Of a stretch of DNA of 64,000 nt, positions 18,963 to 28,603 are shown piece by piece. The stretch lies in the NCBI RefSeq assembly GCF_024223415.1, contig NZ_CP100501.1. One strand, 5' to 3'. The position numbers were made by a program, and so were the translations under genes. The first letter of the stretch is position 1. Every line of letters begins with the position of its first letter. The notes beneath the pieces were generated by a model. It was not told the DNA's origin. It saw only the letters and a list, made by a program, of their open reading frames with translations, and ran no database searches. The stretch is from Escherichia coli. Its GTDB lineage: Bacteria > Pseudomonadota > Gammaproteobacteria > Enterobacterales > Enterobacteriaceae.

Positions 18963-21236
18963 TTAATGTCCGGGCCACTCCTGTTGTTCAGTGACGTGAT
19001 GTGATATTTCTTCTTTAGCTGTAGCCTCATTCTGGAGGTTTGAAGTAAATATACGCTCCATTGTTTGTGCAACCGATGGTGGCATTTTTTCTTCCACACG
19101 TTCCTCTTCCGGACAACTCTGTGTGATATAGCATACGTGCCGTTCTTCCCGGGATGTGGTATTGATGATGTGAACTGCCTTGTTCCACAGGCTGTTTCCC
19201 CGGGCAGAGATATCTGTATCATATTGCGGAAGCAGATCCAGCGATGTTTGTGTTTCGTTAAGCTGCTTCTGGAAGGTATCGATGATACGGTAAGGCTCTG
19301 TACGGTTTTTACGACGTTTACGGGATGGTTTTGCTGTCAGTACACCAATAATGCTGCTGACATGCTCCGGTGTGGGAAAACGGCGCTGCACTGTCCTGGG
19401 GACGAGACGGCGGAGACGCTCCAGGCGGGGGGCTTCAACGGAAATATAGCGGTTGATGACCACCGGATCACTGTCGCAACTTTTCTCGCTGTCCGGAATA
19501 TACACAGAGGCTGACGGCACCACATCCCCCTGGAAAACGGTAAAGAACTCACCGGCATTCAGTCTGATCAAATCCTGCACGTCGATTTTGCTTTCCATCT
19601 GGATGGTGATCTGGTTACCGTCCACCCAGGACTCACCCATCACACCATCGTGGCGCTGCAGGCTGCCCATTCTGGCCCGAGCCTCTTCACCGGCGGCATT
19701 TTTCACCGTTCTTGCCGTTTTGTCGTCACTGACAATGCGTCCGGCGAATTTGGTGCCGGCGTTCTGCATCAGTGTGGCGGTGTTGGTGGCGGAGGTCTGC
19801 CCTTCAATTCGCTCCTGATCCTGCGCCATCATTATCAGGGAAAACTCCAGTGAACGTACCTGGGTGGCCTCCACAGCAATGCGGTCTGTGTAGTAGGCAC
19901 CGACTTCGTCAAGGATACAGATATAGGGGAAGCGGCCTTTGTATTTTTTTACTTCCAGGGTCTGTGCGTCTGTGCCTTCCAGGCGGTAGCCCAGGTCACG
20001 GGCGAGGATCATGCTCTGCTGGGTGATGAACATACGACCGAGTGCCGACGTGGTATGGGCTGATGTGTCCAGTGCGGGGATCATCACAATCAGAATTCGG
20101 TCGCTGTGGATACTGTCGCGAATATCGATGTCGCCGGCATCTGCCGCAAAGACGTCCCCGAAGGTTTCGGCAAAGGTTGTGAATGTTTCCGAGAACTGAC
20201 CGGAGAGATAAGCATGCTGTTTACGGGGCTCCTCAGTCCAGGCTGACGGCGTTCTCACCAGTGACATATCGAATCCCGGAACGTCCTGCAGGTAATTTCT
20301 CAGTGGTGCGATGGCTTCTTCCGGCCACTGGTCATCAAGCCCACGGCAATAGAGTTTTGCCATACCTTCCAGCGTCATATGCTCCCGTAACATCTGCAGG
20401 GACATGGTTTTTCTTTCCCGGACGCACCAGAATTTTGTGCCAAAGACCAGGGCTTTGTTCATGGCTATCGCCCGTGACTGCCATTCACCCCCCTGAACGT
20501 TCTGGGGAAGCATGGACTGCATGGTTTCGGCGGTGAAGGCTTCGGTGCTGAATGCGAACGGGTTCCAGGTGTTTGACTGTGGGCGGGATTTTTCGCCGCT
20601 CTGAATGATTTCACTGCGGGATTTTCCGCCGTTCATGAAGTTGATGACCTCGATATCATCCTCCCGGCCAAAACGTCGGGAGAGATACCAGATTGTCCTC
20701 GTGGTATCGTTCTGTGCCTTTCCGTCAACAAAGGTAAAGCCTCTTCCCCAGCAGAGAGGGTTGAGCAGCCAGGCAAAGGTGGTTTCTGTTTTACCGCCAC
20801 CGGTGGTGGAAAAAAATATGATATGCCGGGTGAGGTCATCCATGCTCAGCCAGAGCTCACGACCGATATCGTTGATACGGCGGTAACCGACATAAAAAAT
20901 CCCCCGTGCGGGGGATGTTTCATCTGCTTCATACTGAAACAGGGTGGGCCAGAAGCTGAAGAGGCTTCGCCTGACCTTTCTGTCCTGGGAGGGGTCATCA
21001 AGGCTGAGCGTCATGGGCATACGCAGGGGGCATCGCCAGCGTTGCAGCGTGAATATCACGGAGGTGACCAGGGTGAACAGCAGACAGACAGGAAGGGCCA
21101 GTGGCCATATCAGGGCCGTAATGATACTGCCGGCCAGACACAGACCAATGATGTTCAGGTTGTGCAGTGCATTCCACAGCGGGTTTCCCCAGGCCGTGCG
21201 GTGTATGAGGTCAGGATTAACGTGATGCTGGCTCAT
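18963..21236 (-). CDS. trbC: TrbC, type IV coupling protein (DotL/VirD4-like ATPase)
   Basis: 757 aa; N-terminal TM segments; Walker A STTGGGKTE; size and position as in R64 trbC. Confidence 0.85.
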   Translation of the reverse strand: MSQHHVNPDLIHRTAWGNPLWNALHNLNIIGLCLAGSIITALIWPLALPVCLLFTLVTSVIFTLQRWRCPLRMPMTLSLDDPSQDRKVRRSLFSFWPTLFQYEADETSPARGIFYVGYRRINDIGRELWLSMDDLTRHIIFFSTTGGGKTETTFAWLLNPLCWGRGFTFVDGKAQNDTTRTIWYLSRRFGREDDIEVINFMNGGKSRSEIIQSGEKSRPQSNTWNPFAFSTEAFTAETMQSMLPQNVQGGEWQSRAIAMNKALVFGTKFWCVRERKTMSLQMLREHMTLEGMAKLYCRGLDDQWPEEAIAPLRNYLQDVPGFDMSLVRTPSAWTEEPRKQHAYLSGQFSETFTTFAETFGDVFAADAGDIDIRDSIHSDRILIVMIPALDTSAHTTSALGRMFITQQSMILARDLGYRLEGTDAQTLEVKKYKGRFPYICILDEVGAYYTDRIAVEATQVRSLEFSLIMMAQDQERIEGQTSATNTATLMQNAGTKFAGRIVSDDKTARTVKNAAGEEARARMGSLQRHDGVMGESWVDGNQITIQMESKIDVQDLIRLNAGEFFTVFQGDVVPSASVYIPDSEKSCDSDPVVINRYISVEAPRLERLRRLVPRTVQRRFPTPEHVSSIIGVLTAKPSRKRRKNRTEPYRIIDTFQKQLNETQTSLDLLPQYDTDISARGNSLWNKAVHIINTTSREERHVCYITQSCPEEERVEEKMPPSVAQTMERIFTSNLQNEATAKEEISHHVTEQQEWPGH

Positions 21237-22335
21237 TGTGATTATCCTCGGTATCTGTGGCTTTCAGGAACAGGCTGACGGTAGTGGCGTCTTTCAGGAT
21301 GCCGGACGGCAGGTGCCAGCCGGTATCGGATAACACCCATGGGGTACCGCCAAAACCGAACTGGCGGAAAGCCTGGTTATTGACATCGATGGCAGCACGA
21401 GCAGCGGTCAGACACTTTTCATCCGGTGCAGCCGGTGCATCGCCGGTGGGTGCCATACCACCGTCTGCGGAATACAGCTGATGCCATCCGGTCGCCCGTT
21501 TTTGTGCGTCCGGTTCACACAGCAGTGGCGCAGTCCGGTTTGTGCTGGCCTCTCCGCCGATTACGGAGACCGGATAAATCACCACGCTGAATTCCCGGGC
21601 CAGTTGCTTAAGCGCGGGCTCCAGAAGACGGCAGTTGATGCATGCGGGGTCAAGGAAGGCGTAGAGTGTGCGTTCATGACCAGTGGAGAGATTAATGGTG
21701 AACATACCCCGGTCCGCGTTGCGTTTAAGTACAGTGGCCAGATTACGGCGGGCTTCAGCGACCAGAGTATTTTTGTCTGCTGTTATCGCCGGGGTAGCGG
21801 ATGTCTCCTGCATTTCCTGTGATGCCGGGTGAACGATTTCATTTTTCGTCTCTGACGGGGCTACTGACCGGACAATTTCCTTGTCGATGTGTAATGGTGC
21901 TGTTTCTGTTACGGATTCTGTGACAGGTACCCTGAGAGGGGAATCGCTGTCCGGTTTCAGTAAAATATATCCGGCTGTTACCGCTGTCAGAAGTGCCAGC
22001 ACTAATCCTGCACCGTATATCAGCCCTCTCATGAAGCTGGTTTTCCGGGCAGGAAGTTCTGCATATGCCGCGCTCAGACAGCTGTCAATCGCGGAGAGCA
22101 TTCTGCCGATGTGATGTCCGGGACGTTCAGTATCAACGGTATCAACAAGCAGTGTTTCGGTTATTTCACGAAAAGGGGTGCTGAAGGACAGGTGCATCAG
22201 CCTGTTATTACGGTTAATCAGTGCGCCCAGTTCTGTAACCGGCAGGATGGCAATAACCTCCTGACCACCGTCAGGGTACAGGGCGGTCAGGGACAGGTGT
22301 TTATTGTTCAGTGTTGCAGTGTAGCGGATGGTCAT
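21217..22335 (-). CDS. trbB: TrbB, thioredoxin-fold disulfide isomerase-like transfer protein
   Basis: 372 aa; CINC (CxxC) motif; TM segment; synteny. Confidence 0.75.
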   Translation of the reverse strand: MTIRYTATLNNKHLSLTALYPDGGQEVIAILPVTELGALINRNNRLMHLSFSTPFREITETLLVDTVDTERPGHHIGRMLSAIDSCLSAAYAELPARKTSFMRGLIYGAGLVLALLTAVTAGYILLKPDSDSPLRVPVTESVTETAPLHIDKEIVRSVAPSETKNEIVHPASQEMQETSATPAITADKNTLVAEARRNLATVLKRNADRGMFTINLSTGHERTLYAFLDPACINCRLLEPALKQLAREFSVVIYPVSVIGGEASTNRTAPLLCEPDAQKRATGWHQLYSADGGMAPTGDAPAAPDEKCLTAARAAIDVNNQAFRQFGFGGTPWVLSDTGWHLPSGILKDATTVSLFLKATDTEDNHNEPASR

Positions 22336-23666
22336 TGTGCTTTTTCCTTGTCGGCGGGATGCTGTTTTTCGGTGGTTTCGGTGGTTTCGGTGGTTTCGGT
22401 GGTTTCGGTGGTTTCGGTGGTTTCGGTGGTTTCGGTGGTTTCGGTGGTTTCACCAGTGTCAGTGTCTTCGTCGTTATCATGGCGGCGGGGTATCACGTCA
22501 TCCGTGAGTGACCAGCGGGTCCTGATCTGACGTTTACGATCGCGATCTGGCTGAGGTTCGTCCCATATCAGGCCCAGCCCCAGCATGTCCCGTCGAAGCC
22601 CTTCAATGGCCTCTTCCACACAGGGTTCCGGGCAGGGGAGGCCGAGACGGCTGGCTTCATTTTCTGCCCGGGCAACGGCCACCACGCCGGCCCCTTCGAT
22701 GAAGCCTTTTGTGGTGTTTGCCCGGTGAAGGGCATAGAAGAGCGTCCGGTCAACGCCCTTGAGCCACAGCCAGTTCGGAGGCGTCAGGCGCAAATCATGT
22801 GCGTAAAGCCAGACCAGACCGCTGCGAACGTAACGGTGCTGCCTGAGCCACTTTTGTGCGCCTTCTGTTTTGATGACCCGGATAAAGGCGTTTCTGGCCA
22901 GTGAATACACCGGCGTGCTGAAACGCCCCTGGTCCCGTTTACTTTTGAGCCTGCAGGAGAGATTGAGGTTGTTCATCAGGGCTACCGCTGCTTTCCGGTC
23001 ACCGAGGAAGAACTGCAGGCCAAAGATGGCAAAGAGCGCTTTTTCATGTGGGGCCATGTCTTTCCAGCTGGTCAGTGGTTGCCCCAGTTGCGCCATGAAG
23101 CACTGGCGTGTGGACGCAACATCGAGCTGCATGTTGCGGATAAGGTTGTTCTGCTCCACAAAGGCTTCGGGGGTTAGTGCGACACGGCGCTCGGGACGTT
23201 TTTGTCCGTGGAAGAGTCTGTTGTTGTCTCCGTCAGCCAGAACGGGGGCGATCGCCGGTGACAGAGCTGAAAAAATATGGGGCAGTGTGTGGATATTCAG
23301 TGGCCTGCGGGTAAAACGGGGCTGGGCCGGATGGTGAAACCACATCCACAGAAAGCCGAATGTCATGGGAAGCAGAATCAGCCAGAGGATCCCCACTGTC
23401 CGGGACATAACATCCAGCCACTGGCTGAAAGTGATGGTTGCCGCGTTGTTAGCAGTGATGGCCAGCAGGTTGTAACGGGGGACGGCAAAGTTGTGAAAGG
23501 GCCCCCAGTCAATCATGCCCCACAGTGTGTGCAGGATCAGGCAGGAGGCGAAGACGATTTCAGGTAAAAAGCGCCAGATGATAATCGCAAAGAGCAGGCA
23601 TATGGCACCGACGATATACCATATAGCCATTGGATCTTCGGCGGCAGACGTCTGTTGGTAAGACAC
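22332..23666 (-). CDS. trbA: TrbA (DotM-like inner-membrane transfer protein)
   Basis: 444 aa; N-terminal TM helices; synteny; C-terminal (ETT)9 repeat. Confidence 0.75.
   Translation of the reverse strand: MSYQQTSAAEDPMAIWYIVGAICLLFAIIIWRFLPEIVFASCLILHTLWGMIDWGPFHNFAVPRYNLLAITANNAATITFSQWLDVMSRTVGILWLILLPMTFGFLWMWFHHPAQPRFTRRPLNIHTLPHIFSALSPAIAPVLADGDNNRLFHGQKRPERRVALTPEAFVEQNNLIRNMQLDVASTRQCFMAQLGQPLTSWKDMAPHEKALFAIFGLQFFLGDRKAAVALMNNLNLSCRLKSKRDQGRFSTPVYSLARNAFIRVIKTEGAQKWLRQHRYVRSGLVWLYAHDLRLTPPNWLWLKGVDRTLFYALHRANTTKGFIEGAGVVAVARAENEASRLGLPCPEPCVEEAIEGLRRDMLGLGLIWDEPQPDRDRKRQIRTRWSLTDDVIPRRHDNDEDTDTGETTETTETTETTETTETTETTETTETTEKQHPADKEKAQ
22371..22451 (-). repeat. 9 x 9-bp perfect tandem repeat (ggtggtttc) inside trbA, encoding (ETT)9
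   Basis: Direct reading of sequence; in-frame in trbA C-terminus. Confidence 0.9.
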
Positions 23667-23976
23667 GGGGATTCCTCCATAGATGAATGGATAAATTTCG
23701 GGATTAAGTCGGGTGGCATGAATGCGAATCAGCGCCGGTAATAACCGGACAGGAATGAATTCAACAGGACATTTTTACAGAGAAGAGCGAACGGCAGAAG
23801 GTGGTGGGAGACAGGTACAAAAAAACCGACTGGTGAGGCCGGTTTTTTTGCGATTCCGGGGTGGAGTTGGTGGCTCTGACCGGAGGAAGTCTCTTTTCAG
23901 CTAACAATGAGAGAGCTGTTGTGACAGGCAATGTAAGAGTAAGCAGCAGTGATTTCCTCCATTGACGGAGAAACGG

Positions 23977-24060
23977 ATGATTAACCTGTTAATCATCGTT
24001 CTCAGGGCGGTTGTTGCTGTGGCTAACGCAGTGATAGCTCTCCGGGAACTGGTTGACTGA
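23977..24060 (+). CDS. possible 27-aa hydrophobic peptide (small membrane peptide or type I toxin-like)
   Basis: GGAG SD 7 nt upstream of ATG; MINLLIIVLRAVVAVANAVIALRELVD; below ORF-track size cutoff. Confidence 0.25.
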   Translation: MINLLIIVLRAVVAVANAVIALRELVD

Positions 24061-24122
24061 TAATCCCGGAAACGTACTTAAGGGCAGAGGGTCACCTCCT
24101 TCTGCCCTTTAACAAAATATGC

Positions 24123-24299
24123 TCAGGTTAAAAATCGAAAACCTTCCTGCACTTCCTGTGCCTGTTCCCGTGAGCCAAACATGAGCCGGCTTTTACCCGG
24201 AACTCCCCAGGAAATATATTCTACATCCACCCACCATTTTCCGTATTCTTCATACGGTCCGGATATCACTTTAGTGACAAATGCATCAATCAGGTTCAT
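24123..24299 (-). CDS. possible 58-aa protein
   Basis: AAAGGTG SD-like; MNLIDAFVTKVISGPYEEYGKWWVDVEYISWGVPGK...; below ORF-track cutoff. Confidence 0.3.
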   Translation of the reverse strand: MNLIDAFVTKVISGPYEEYGKWWVDVEYISWGVPGKSRLMFGSREQAQEVQEGFRFLT

Positions 24300-24448
24300 T
24301 TTTACACCTTTCTGTTATTCTGCTTATTACGACCAGCAGACAGCAAATATTAAAAATAACGCGGCGGTAAAAATGGCAATTTTTTTCATGCTGTATTTTT
24401 GCCATTTATTTTCTTTGAAATGGTTTTTTTCTTCATATCAGCAAATAA

Positions 24449-24916
24449 TTATTTCTTATTCTGTTTTCTCCAGGTCCATGGTGGTACCGGATTTTTATCT
24501 GCCCATAATCCCCGCTTCAGGGCGCGGGCATCACGCTGGAGCGGCGGGAGAGTATAGTCATTATTGTAGTCCGGGTACACCCAGGCAGCGCCGTTACGGA
24601 CCTGCCAGCGATTTGCTTCTGTGCCGTCAGCGGTATAGACCCGGCCGAGAATACGGCCATACCTGTCTGTCTGCGCGTATTGCACGGTTACGGGCTTTCC
24701 GGCCACCAGGTCCTTCAGCTGAGTGGCTGACCAGCGTCCAAAGGGCTGTTTCTTTTCCGGTGCATCAATATTAGCCAGACGGACCCTGACAGGCTTTTTG
24801 TCCTGTAATATTTCCAGCGTATCACCATCAAGAACGCGGATGACGTGCCCCTGAATCTGTGCGGCACAGAGAGAAGCGGAAAAAATAATGGTGAGTGAAA
24901 AGATATATTTTATCAT
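24449..24916 (-). CDS. nuc: secreted thermonuclease-family (SNase-like) nuclease
   Basis: 155 aa; signal peptide; GDTLEI...RVRLANIDAPE motif of staphylococcal nuclease homologues. Confidence 0.8.
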   Translation of the reverse strand: MIKYIFSLTIIFSASLCAAQIQGHVIRVLDGDTLEILQDKKPVRVRLANIDAPEKKQPFGRWSATQLKDLVAGKPVTVQYAQTDRYGRILGRVYTADGTEANRWQVRNGAAWVYPDYNNDYTLPPLQRDARALKRGLWADKNPVPPWTWRKQNKK

Positions 24917-25018
24917 TTCATCGTCTCCTTTTTATTTATGAAAACAGGTGCAATTAATATTGCGAAATAATAACGTTCAGGTGTGTTTTTTTTGGCAGTG
25001 TGATACTTCACGCAGGGC

Positions 25019-25699
25019 ATGAATTCCAGTACGCTGATATCCGTGATGATACGGCAACAGATATCCGGTGACGGTATGCAGGAACATATTGATTATCAGA
25101 TTGAGAAATATCAGTTCAGGGCCAGGAATGAGTCACCGCGACTGATGCGCCAGTGGGAAGATGTCATGCGTGAATGCCGTGATACCGGAGCAGGAGCCAG
25201 GGAGCGGCTGCGGATTGCCTTACTTAATGTTGATTATGTGACCAGTTTTGAACTGCCGTTTCGTCTGCTGTTAACCCGGACACCGCAGATGATTGACAGC
25301 GTGCGGCGGGAATGGCAGCTCAGCCAGAAAAAAGTCGTATTCAATGAGCGGCAGCGGGGATGTGTATACAGTCTGCAGAATGACTTATCCGGCGTGCCGG
25401 ATAGCTTCAGTTACAGTCTTGCGACGCGAATACGGCGGGTGGACAGCTATGGCATGACGACGCGTTGTTTCACTGATATAGCCGGGCAGGTTAAAGCCCC
25501 GACAGCACGGCTGAAACTGGCGCTGGAAAGCGGGTTAATTGTCACCGCGCTGGATGGTCTGTTCTGGCTTGGTATTCAGCGTATTGCCGCAGATGTGCAG
25601 CGGCTGCGTCAGTCCGGAATGACAATCATCACCCGGGATGTTGAGGTCTCAGACTCGCTGACCGGAACCACACGGGTTGTTTCCGGGTACAGACTTTGA
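25019..25699 (+). CDS. hypothetical protein (226 aa), possible DNA-binding regulator
   Basis: ORF divergent from nuc; no recognised catalytic motif. Confidence 0.45.
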   Translation: MNSSTLISVMIRQQISGDGMQEHIDYQIEKYQFRARNESPRLMRQWEDVMRECRDTGAGARERLRIALLNVDYVTSFELPFRLLLTRTPQMIDSVRREWQLSQKKVVFNERQRGCVYSLQNDLSGVPDSFSYSLATRIRRVDSYGMTTRCFTDIAGQVKAPTARLKLALESGLIVTALDGLFWLGIQRIAADVQRLRQSGMTIITRDVEVSDSLTGTTRVVSGYRL

Positions 25700-25900
25700 T
25701 TTATGCAACAAAGTATCGCAGCGTCGAATATGAGCTATGGCCAGATTTTTGTTAATCGTGGTTGTTGCAACATGTAAGGCGAATGACCACACTATTCTGG
25801 TACGCTCGTAATCACGCTGAAATTCTGCTTCCTGTCCTGCCGTGATGAGTTCCGACCAGGACATACGGCGAAGTGTATGTCTGTCAGTAATATCCGTCAT
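25649..25900 (-). CDS. hypothetical protein (83 aa)
   Basis: ATGA overlap with upstream gene; 3' end overlaps convergent 226-aa gene. Confidence 0.35.
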   Translation of the reverse strand: MTDITDRHTLRRMSWSELITAGQEAEFQRDYERTRIVWSFALHVATTTINKNLAIAHIRRCDTLLHKSKSVPGNNPCGSGQRV

Positions 25901-26112
25901 GAGCTCTCAGCCTCCTCCTTCGTATTTCCGTCAGAAACACAAACGCCCCGCAGAGAAAATTCGCCAACATTCTCCTTTTTAATGGCGCGCAATGCATCGC
26001 GGCAGGCCCGTTCGGTATGAAAGGCCTGGCTGTGCACCGCCAGTGTGGGCTGACGGGCATCACCGGAAGAGACATTAAAGGGCGATGAAAGCCAGAAAAT
26101 CAGTAGCCACAT
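25897..26112 (-). CDS. hypothetical small protein with N-terminal hydrophobic/signal-like segment (71 aa)
   Basis: MWLLIFWLSSPFNVSS...; part of cluster. Confidence 0.35.
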   Translation of the reverse strand: MWLLIFWLSSPFNVSSGDARQPTLAVHSQAFHTERACRDALRAIKKENVGEFSLRGVCVSDGNTKEEAESS

Positions 26113-26115
26113 GCG

Positions 26116-26499
26116 TCACACCTCGTCCTTTTTATGCGGGTATCTGGACAGAATATTGAGCGCCTGTAATGGCGCTTCATGCATTTCACGGATACAACGG
26201 GCATCGGTGATATTTTCCCGGTAATGTGTGGTTTCCAGCATCATATGATGCATATGGAGCATCCGGGCCAGGGCTGCGCGGAGTTCTTCAATATGTTGTT
26301 CATGGGAATGCTGGCGGGGCTGTATCCGGCAGAGAGGGATAACCTCCACATCATCCGGGTGCGCGCGAAGCCACGCGTCAGTGACTGCAATGTCGTCAGT
26401 GTAAAACCATGTGCCGGATGTCCCGTTGGCCAGAAAACGCATTTTCCAGGCTTCTGGGGTGGCGGTTGTGTTGTTATCTTTCATGGTGCCACCACTCAT
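26116..26499 (-). CDS. hypothetical protein (127 aa)
   Basis: Translationally coupled in cluster; His-rich segment MLHMHHMMLETTHY. Confidence 0.4.
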   Translation of the reverse strand: MSGGTMKDNNTTATPEAWKMRFLANGTSGTWFYTDDIAVTDAWLRAHPDDVEVIPLCRIQPRQHSHEQHIEELRAALARMLHMHHMMLETTHYRENITDARCIREMHEAPLQALNILSRYPHKKDEV

Positions 26500-26687
26500 T
26501 CAACAGGCTTAATGCTGTCCAGGCGCAGTCTGCTCAGACTGTCGTGGCTGCCACAGCGGCGTCCAGTGCTTTTGCTGTAGCACTCCTGCCCCCTGATACA
26601 CCATGCCGTTGGCGTTTCGTAGAGGCTGACACGTCGGGTTTTATCTTTAATGATGAGAAGCCCGGTGTGAGTTTTTGTCTTTTTCAT
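26496..26687 (-). CDS. hypothetical small basic protein (63 aa), first gene of a 4-gene overlapping cluster
   Basis: ATGA stop/start overlap with next gene. Confidence 0.35.
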   Translation of the reverse strand: MKKTKTHTGLLIIKDKTRRVSLYETPTAWCIRGQECYSKSTGRRCGSHDSLSRLRLDSIKPVE

Positions 26688-26941
26688 CGGTGGGGTACAA
26701 ACGCAGAAATTTTGTTGTCATTACATCATCAGTTTTAGCCTGCAGAGACGCTGAAAAATCAGCGTTTTCAGACCCTGTTCAGGTTAGTGAATATTCTTGC
26801 CTGGCCTTTCGGCAATATCAATCCCCTGATGTGTGCACACGTAGTCACTTTCCGGCTTTATTTCTGTCCCTGACACAAAATACGTGGTGGCATGAAAAGG
26901 ATTGTGGCGGACAGGAAAACGATTAGAATAGCGGCGGGCGC

Positions 26942-27235
26942 TTGAGGCTGTATGCCGAAAGCGTTTTGTGGACGGCATGTAGCAGAAAGCCCCAGGCGAT
27001 TTTTTTATCAATCAACCCAGGGCCCACTGTAATGCCTAGACAACATTATAGTAGCCCGATGACGGCCGAAAGGCAATGGAGGGGCTGCGATGCCACAACG
27101 AACGTTTTTAATGATGTTAATCGTCGTCTGTGTGACGATACTGTGTTTTGTCTGGATGGTGAGGGATTCGCTTTGCGGATTTCGTATCGAGCAGGGAAAT
27201 ACGGTGCTTGTGGCAACGTTAGCCTACGAAGTTAA
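26942..27235 (+). CDS. pndC: PndC-like overlapping reading frame (mok analogue) of the pnd locus
   Basis: ORF overlapping pndA in another frame, as in hok/mok architecture. Confidence 0.4.
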   Translation: MRLYAESVLWTACSRKPQAIFLSINPGPTVMPRQHYSSPMTAERQWRGCDATTNVFNDVNRRLCDDTVFCLDGEGFALRISYRAGKYGACGNVSLRS

Positions 27236-27242
27236 ACGTTAA
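27090..27242 (+). CDS. pndA: PndA, Hok/Gef-family type I toxin (50 aa)
   Basis: MPQRTFLMMLIVVCVTILCFVWMVRDSLCGFRIEQGNTVLVATLAYEVKR; hydrophobic TM plus conserved Hok-family C-terminus; below ORF-track cutoff. Confidence 0.8.
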   Translation: MPQRTFLMMLIVVCVTILCFVWMVRDSLCGFRIEQGNTVLVATLAYEVKR

Positions 27243-27868
27243 CGGGCAACACGGCGGTAGAGAATCTGCCGCCGGATTGTTGCGAAGGCTGACCTCAATG
27301 CGCCTTGTTTGTCTTTTTTACCGGACGACTGCTGGTTGCTGCTGTCCGGCAGCTATTATTTTTTCCGTCCTGTGCGTCATCAATTATGACAGTCGCTCTC
27401 ATTTAGTTGTCTCTGGTTAGATGTATTATTATATATTTTCGGGGTAATTCGATAAAAGTTATCCACTTCAGCACCAGACTGAATGATATATGCAATAAGA
27501 TCTAAACGATGAATCTCGTATCGTGTACGTAACTCCATTATTTCACGCCATGGAGTACCATGTCGTGCTGGAAAATTGCTGCGGGATTCAGACATGATTT
27601 TATCTTTATGTTTTCTAGGTACTGCCTTGAGTGTGTGGATATGATAATTATTTATAATGATATTGTTATCTTTTATAGATAACTGATATGCAGAATTGTA
27701 TTGATTTTGTCTACAGTGGGCAAGACAGTGCTAAGAATTTGTGGGGAAAACATAGAGACTCCATGCTGCGTCCTGAGATAGACGGCAGACAGGCATTCTG
27801 CCTGAAAAGAAAAAGCCGGTTCAGAGAAAACCGGCTGACGGATTATCGTCTAACAGTTGATAGCTACC

Positions 27869-28516
27869 TCAAAATACTTCTGCAACAGGAACACCGGCAA
27901 CTTTTTCCCACTCTTTAACCCGATACCGGATCATCTGTGGGAAACGTTCCTTGTACTCATATCCACGTGCAGCCATGGTGTGCATGGTGTTGGCCAGCGT
28001 CCTTGCTGAGATGCCGGAGATCTCAAGAGGAATCATCGGCAGACTCACATAGGTGGTGTGGATTTCCAGCTTGCCGTCCTCAGCAACCGTGCGGGTAAAG
28101 TTGTGAATATCCAGACCAATCACATCCATCACATTGTTTGGATAAATACGCACATACAGCATGGTGCCGTTTTTAATGTCGATCCCGAAATAACAACTCT
28201 TCGAGAATGACAGTTGCTCATAATCGCTGGTCGGCGCAAAGGGACTGCTTTCTTTTATCTGCTGAACAACCTGCTGGACTTTCTTTTTCTTCGCCCTGGT
28301 TCTTAGATATAGCCAGAGTAATGGGAGGATAATCAGCGTTGAACATCCATATGTTATCATATAGATATTAGGGGAGGAGTATCTGGCGTAGCTAATACTT
28401 AATGTACCTAATATTGCATATATTAATAGGAATGGTATTCCAATAATAAAATAAGCATTGCGGATCAGGTAATAATATGCCCACCAGGAAGGATATCTGT
28501 TTTTTGTTGTACTCAT
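27869..28516 (-). CDS. excA: ExcA-like entry-exclusion inner-membrane protein
   Basis: 215 aa AT-rich gene immediately downstream of traY; two N-terminal TM helices; position as in IncI1. Confidence 0.6.
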   Translation of the reverse strand: MSTTKNRYPSWWAYYYLIRNAYFIIGIPFLLIYAILGTLSISYARYSSPNIYMITYGCSTLIILPLLWLYLRTRAKKKKVQQVVQQIKESSPFAPTSDYEQLSFSKSCYFGIDIKNGTMLYVRIYPNNVMDVIGLDIHNFTRTVAEDGKLEIHTTYVSLPMIPLEISGISARTLANTMHTMAARGYEYKERFPQMIRYRVKEWEKVAGVPVAEVF

Positions 28517-28603
28517 AATAAACCTCCATATTCACCTGAATGTATTTTAATCTCTTCAGGTGAATATGGCAATGGTATTTTAGTGGTTTTTCGATATTTT
28601 CAT

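Noticed and set aside
22371-22451. Possible CRISPR array
   Set aside because: Perfect 9-bp head-to-tail repeats with no spacers, inside a coding sequence; no CRISPR array or cas genes found anywhere in the window
22311-22511. ORF encoding a (FGG)n repeat protein
   Set aside because: Opposite-strand reading of the 9-bp tandem repeat that sits in-frame in trbA
24181-24774. 197-aa plus-strand ORF overlapping nuc
   Set aside because: Antisense to the nuclease gene, which has a signal peptide and SNase motifs; low-complexity translation
27380-27595. 71-aa minus-strand ORF between pndA and excA, considered as excB
   Set aside because: AT-rich, no clear RBS, and I recall the IncI exclusion locus making its second product from within excA rather than from a separate gene; left unannotated
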